From Hormiphora californensis (Eukaryota > Animalia > Ctenophora), in assembly GCA_020137815.1 (NCBI GenBank), contig CM035359.1, positions 1,240,001 through 1,304,000 on the forward strand: a stretch of 64,000 nt of DNA, read 5' to 3'. The notes under the pieces were generated by a model. That model had not been told where the DNA came from. It searched no databases and saw only the letters and a list, made by a program, of their open reading frames with translations. The position numbers were made by a program, and so were the translations under genes. Numbering within the stretch: position 1 is the first letter of the stretch; every line of letters starts with the position of its first letter. Positions 31,890-64,000 of this stretch are shown piece by piece.

Positions 31890-32181
31890 TCAGTGGTGAA
31901 GTTTTTTGAGACAAATATGGAGTAATACGAGAAGTCAATAAAACTGAGTTCAAAGGGTGTCCTGCCTAATGCAGACACCTACGATATAAACAATAAACAT
32001 TTTGAAATTACTATAGTGTGACATGGAAGTGAGTCTAGACATTATTTGCGTAGAGTACATGTCGAGTTGGCCGTGTGGCCAAAATCTTTATTATTATTAT
32101 TATTATTGCTCTTTTTATATAACATAATATTTTAGAGGGTCCCCATCGGCCATCCCCACTGACCACTAAACCACCGCAAAG

Positions 32182-57436
<25,255 letters not shown>

Positions 57437-57622
57437 GGTGTGGCTAGTATCAGTTTTAACTAGTTGGTGGGTTTTAGGAGGAACATTGCGTCTGGATACC
57501 ATGGCAACCCGTAAACGATTCACCAATAATCCACCGGTACAGCAAGATAGCATAGATTGGTAAAGCAATGAAAAGGCGCCAGAACTATTAATAAAACAAA
57601 CACCGTTTAGAAATATCCCCAC

Positions 57623-57673
<51 letters not shown>

Positions 57674-57802
57674 TTATTTTTATCTATGAGACTGAGTAAC
57701 AGCTGTGAATTTACGGAGAGGACTCATGGAGATGGGGCATTGTTACACACACATGTTCCCTTAAGTCAGAGTTCTTCTCAATGGATAATAAAGATGAGTG
57801 TC

Positions 57803-57863
<61 letters not shown>

Positions 57864-60521
57864 AAGAGAGAGAAACGTATCTTGGTGGCTTTTAAATACA
57901 AAAGACAACGACACCCTTTGTTAGCACTTCAAAACGGTACACGCTATACATACAAAGAAAAAATATTTTACGTAAAAATTATTAAGATGTGTAACATAAA
58001 AGTGCGTTCTACAACTCTACCAATTCACAAACTTGTAAACAAGAAGTACAAGCGCTCCCCGCCGGTAAATTAAATATCACATCAGGGGGCGAGAGATTGA
58101 ACGTAGGCTTACCAATTGGTGCTCCAAATATATAATGAAAAATAAATGAAATGAAATAAAATACATGAAGTAAAATACAGTGTGAGCTACACAAACATAA
58201 CAGATGGTCTGTTAGGTTAAAAACTAAAAATAGTTCTTGACTAAACAGCACGATTCCGGGGTCGTCTAGACGAAAGCCAGATAAACTTAAGAGAGAGAAA
58301 GGGACATTATATAAAGTAGAGCGCAGAACATTGTAAAGACACGTTTGTATGAGGCCGAAGTGTGTGCTGATCTATTATAATGTCTGTGTGTGTTTGTGTA
58401 TTACGAAGGAACAATATATCATAATCTGCATGCAGTGACCCTTAGTAGATTTCTTCCCATGAGGGGGCGACAATGGAACTTTCGTGCCGCTAGAAGCATT
58501 TCTCAAAACTCGGTGGATTTCTGTTTTACTATTTGCTATTTTTTATGGTATTTAAAAACTTTACTTTATTTTATCAAAAAGACCCGAGGTTGTCCTAAAG
58601 GATTTAGGTTAGTGTTTTTGCTTAAAGCTAAGCACATATAATTTCATTTTAAAAGAAAAAAGAAGGACAGTCGATTCGATAAATCTCGAGGTTTGACTAC
58701 GATCAAAGGGTTTGAAGAGACACATAAGATATAAGAGGTGCAGGTATATCATACATCTTATCGAGGCCTCCTCCAACATCAATCCTAGAATAAGTTGTTA
58801 GTTTACAATTGTAAATTACATACAGTTGTATTATTACGTTGTAAGTTATATCGATAAAAGAAATGTCATCAATAGGAAAAAGTATAGAACAATTAGGATT
58901 AGGACGATTCTCAAGAGTTCTGATCGATATTGTAACTGTTTTCGAAAAGAAAAACATTCGATTTAACTTACTTGGGAATTCCCATGCCTTTGATCATATC
59001 CGCTCCGCCCTGCATGTTTTCCTCAACGTTCTGCCGTGTCTGAAGGAAATATATCCAAATTATGGCTCCAAATTAGGATTTCGTCACGGACCTATTTCTA
59101 AATGACAAAGATGGACCTCGATTTGATTTTGACAGTTGGGAACGATTTAGTTTAACTAAACGAACGCTAACGTGTGGATATTTATTTATTCTTTAATATT
59201 CATTTTTACTGAACTGAGATCTAACATAAAATGGGGCCCATATATATTTTACATGAATACCTTGAAACTGTCCAGAAACCTATCAAACCAGTTTGGTTCA
59301 ACTAAAGCCATTCAAACCGGGCAGAACACACATGAAGATAGCCTTTAATAGAGGGGTACAGATAAAATGGAAATAATGAACACTGATTTGAAACTGAAAA
59401 CTTGGATCTAATTTGATAAAGAATTGACACAAACCCATGTTCCACAAAAAACCTCCCCCAAAATCCCCAAATATAAGACACTTTTTCAGACCATTCCACG
59501 TCTAATGACTAAAACAACGAGATGCATCAAGGTTGTCATATATTCTGAGTTGGTATCAATGTCCAGCTGCAGCAATCATGAGCAGTATTGAGATTCTTAG
59601 ATTCGAGATCAACACAGTGAATAATAAACACAAGCACACAGTACACACTACATACACCCGAATCCGTTACAAGGTTTTCACCCATTTTGAGTACTACAGT
59701 CGGACCCCGATTTACCGGGATGCTCGGGGGAAAGGGTTTTGCCCGGTAAATCGGCGTGAGGAATAAAACTAACATGGCCCCTGCTAGAACCCAAACTAAC
59801 ATGGCACCCTCCCGGGCACACACAGACATGGCCAGGGACTGAGATTGTACCGATCGGAAATCTATAGAAAAATTTCATTCCGTAACTGGAAATTTCTGTT
59901 TGGGGAACAATTCTCGTTAATGATTAGTGGTTGACCGTGTAAGGCACAGACGAATCCAACGCAACCGGAATTAGCTTTCTATCTCAACAGGAAGTGCTGG
60001 GTCTGGCATTTTCATTTTTGCTCATTTTTCGGTGCGTGAGTGGGGTTTGACAAATGAAATACCTGATTAGCAGTTTCACTAGCAGTGGTCTCGCCTCCAA
60101 AGGAGAGCCTTCGTTTCAGGTTATCCCAACAATCCGCATCCTCTGGTGAGGCAGATCCCATCGACATGACAACGAGGTAACTATGGCAACAATGTAACTA
60201 TGGCAACGTATTTATCCTATAAATGTGATAACTTATCAACAAAGTAACTAAATGTAACTGTCGATAAACGAAGTGACTAGATATATCAATTTCAATATTT
60301 TGGATAAACAAAATATCACAAAGGGTGTGGTAATGCAACCAAAGTAGTGACAAAATTTCAGGCATTAGCTACCACACATAAGTCGATGTATTGTCGTGTG
60401 ATAGCATAAAACACTAGACAGTCATTTGTTGGCCTACCTTCCTCTTTGGTGGTAGGCTTGCTCTCACTTTACCGTGTGTAAGCATCAAGAGAAACACTAC
60501 GAATAGATAGAAAACAGAGAT

Positions 60522-60677
<156 letters not shown>

Positions 60678-61834
60678 AGAGAGAGAGAGAGAGAGGGGGG
60701 AGAGAGAGATAGAGAGAGAGAAGAAAACCTCGAATTAATTGACCTCGAGGGAACAGGAATGATCTCAGAATTGAAAGGTTCAAATCAAACTTATTCTAAA
60801 CAGAACATGTACAAAAAAGGTTTTATATCGAAACACACATTTCGTCAATCATCATGTACATGGTTGAAGTTGGTTTCTATTCTTCTTATCTGGGGGCGCG
60901 AAATCGAGCACAAAATCGGGCGCGTTTTGCAAAATTTTGTATGTTTTTATGTTTACTGTGCTTCATCAAGTTGAAACCAGATTACAATTTACAAAATTTC
61001 ATATTACGGTTATGGGTTGTCAGGCCAATGCTCTGACCACAGTTCTTGTGTGCTCCTTATTTGAGAGAAATGAGAATAGTATAGGGTCAGGCCAATGCTC
61101 TGACAGTTTATGAGTTAACATATGATATTATAATATGTATACGATCTGTCAGAAAATGTAAAATGAACAACTCACCTTTTTATCAGCACTGCACTGGAGG
61201 CTCCTCATCACTTCGCCAACCTGAATAAAGGAGTCGGGATTATCATGGGGTATCAAAGTCAATTATCGATTTCCCGGGTTCATTGGGAGAAAGTTTGTAG
61301 TAATTTAAGTCGAGAGGTTTGACTCTACTGAATCATCTGATTTTGATATCCATATAGATTCAAAGATTCAAAGATTTAGATTTAAGATTCAGATTCAAGG
61401 AAATGAGGGTTTACATGTCATTTATGCAGGGAAAAGCTCCGACTTTTCGAAAGTTCTTTCACTCAACTCTAGCAACTTTGTCTTTATTGATATTAATTGT
61501 TCGCCAATTACCCTCGTAGCCCCTTTCTATTACTTCAGCTCCAGATGAGGCGCTTACGCAGTTATTTGCACCATTGGCCTAGCTAATTTGCCGTCTTATG
61601 ACGTCATAGATGGAAGGGGATAATATAATTGGAGTTTGCATCCTGTAACCTCATGTCTCTCCCCTCAGTTCCGACCAACTTTAGATAGAGTCACCATGAC
61701 CTAAATGGCTGCCGCTGCGGGGACTGCAGCAGCAACCGGAAAATCTTGTTAAGCCTTTTTTACTCTTAGCATTGGCTGTGAGTTTTTCTAAAAAGTTATT
61801 TAGCCGACAAAGAGAGGGGAGAGAGAGTGAGAGA

Positions 61835-61896
<62 letters not shown>

Positions 61897-62044
61897 AGCT
61901 TCCTGGCACCGTCTGGCTAATACTATTAAATACCATCTAGTTACGGAAACTTTTTACTTGCACAAAACTTTTTTGACAAATCTGTTTGGCTGAGTTGTGA
62001 AGTTTTTGTATATTGTTGCTTAATAATCCATCATTACTTCCCTT

Positions 62045-62075
<31 letters not shown>

Positions 62076-62267
62076 TGCATCATCTTCATTCTCCTATTGG
62101 TAATGAAATTACCCCTCCGCACGCGAGAGTAAAAAAGGGGTGATTTCGTAACCAAATTCTCCTATCAATCTCTAGGATACATGATGCTGTTGTTCTTGAC
62201 ACTTTTTGTGGCAGCTCTAGGAGACACTCTTATTGGTACGTAGTGAAATCATATCTCCCTAAATTAA

Positions 62268-62447
62268 TATTCACAACTCCGAATCACACTACATCACCAA
62301 CTCCCAATCATAATTCAAATTGATCTGTCATAATCGCCGCATTTTGTAAATCATATCTCCCTAAATATTCACAACTCCGAATCACACTACATCACCAATT
62401 CCCAATCATAATTCAAATTGATCTGTCATAATCGCCGCATTTTGTAA
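62268..62447. repeat. Local tandem duplication (about 97-bp period)
   Basis: aaatcatatctccctaaa...aatattcacaactccgaatcacactac...cattttgtaaa occurs twice. Confidence 0.85.
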
Positions 62448-64000
62448 AATATGATCCATATATAATGGTACATTGCATCTCGAGGTTATATACGACAACC
62501 TCGATATGCAAGGTACCATATCTTATACATACAGATAATATTTTACAATATCTTGACGGGTATACTCACTAAGCATTCCAATGATATTGCATAATATTAT
62601 CTAACATTCCTTCCTTTCCCAAACCTTCCATTCCCGATCCTATCATATCTATTTTGGCGTTATATATGAAAGATGACATCCACTTCCAGTTCCAATTGTA
62701 AATACCGATGAAGCATGGGAAGTTACATCATATGGGGCACGTATCTTGAACACGTGGCGACGTAACCATGACATGTGTCTTTCGAGAGGGGCAACACTTT
62801 TAGAGATTGGCGATGCAACTTTTAACGCACAGGTATGGCGTAATTAATAGATATCTTTCTTCTCTTTAAATCTGCTTTTACAAAATGATTGTAAACTCAT
62901 TCTTGCTGGATAAACCAAGGAATTGGTGCTATTTTTAAATTTGTAATGACTGCAGCTGTCTAACACCGAGGGCCTGTGTTTAGGTTGCATCCCTCGCTGG
63001 CAAGACGGGGATTTGGCTGGGTTTGTTGTTCAAGGGAGACAATGAGTTTGATTGGTTTAGCGGACAATCGCTCTCCTACAGCCCTTGGGCTAGAGGTATG
63101 TGTATAAGTTTGCAGAAAGGAACTCTCAATTCCTAATTTTATATTTCCAAAATCTGAACGCTAACGATACCCTCTCGCTGTGACTCTAAACATTGTTATT
63201 ATAGGGTACCCCACTACGAGTGAAAGTCGTTATTACGCCTACCTCCGTCCTGATGGAACATGGGCCACTGCAAATGGAGCTGCTGACATGAAACCTGTCT
63301 GCATGAGAAGGATCAAACGGGTATAATTGTGAAGCTATATCTTGTTTAGCTTACTAATAAACAGACACACCTATATTTTGATACTAGCTTAAATTTTTTG
63401 AATCTCGAGTATAAGAGTCTTTCTTTGAGTGACTTTTAGTTGGCATATAAAGTTAAACGCGGTATCCTGAGATTCTGAGAATACGGAAATTATATAGTAG
63501 CTCTCAGATGAAATGAAGAATTATATGAACGTGAAAGCTCAAGTAAATATTTCAGTAGAACAACATTTTGACATGTGCGTAGGTCTCAGGGGCTAGGGAC
63601 TCCCTAGCAGGGAGTTCCTAGTAGACTTGAACGTAAGATCTTTCTCAGAATCTTGGATACATACTGTTATAATACTGTTAAACAGGGGTGCCCCGCCCTT
63701 ATATAAACTGCGTTGCATACTATGGAGCACCAGTAACCGATCTCTCAACCCCTTATATCCAACAGCTGATATATCGTTACAGGAATATAGGGAGAGGGAA
63801 GCGAGGACCGATAAAGAGAAAACTACAAAAATGTCAAAAACCGAGATGGTTGCAACTGAAAAGGCTGTGGAGTATAATTCGGAGGTACCTTACAAACCAA
63901 AAAGTAAGATAAATGGTGATGGATGAAATTGTTGGGGGTAATTTAATTAATTCCCGATCAAGGCAGTACTAGTATCACTAATATATGTTGCCATGGCAAC

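Noticed and set aside
58600-59620. Possible decayed membrane-protein gene on the minus strand
   Set aside because: Hydrophobic stretches only; no consistent exon model or family motif.

Overview
Repeat-rich animal DNA. It is most likely from a ctenophore (Pleurobrachia/Hormiphora-like), inferred from a ctenophore-type spliced-leader sequence and repeat families I recall from Pleurobrachia. The assembly is noisy, with a 100-N gap at 15675-15774 and homopolymer indels in several exons. Three spliced host genes can be reconstructed by hand: (1) a SIRT6/7-like sirtuin that keeps its Zn cysteines but has lost the NAD-binding and catalytic motifs (+, 8249-14353); (2) a class A non-opsin GPCR (+, 26146-29140); (3) an MCTP gene (-, about 57436-32182) with two alternative homologous C-termini, one intronless and one four-exon. 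The rest is mostly mobile DNA: two 5'-truncated CRE-clade retrotransposons, LINE-ORF1-like genes, a Penelope element with a hammerhead ribozyme, small hammerhead-bearing inserts, many palindromic MITEs, a Helentron-like element nested four deep in itself, and a TIR element carrying a decayed spliced gene fragment. The best candidates for something new are genomic spliced-leader copies heading unrelated sequences (retro-recycled trans-spliced RNAs), a TSD-flanked multimer of a structured 415-nt unit with no canonical ribozyme, and tandem amplifications of splice junctions.
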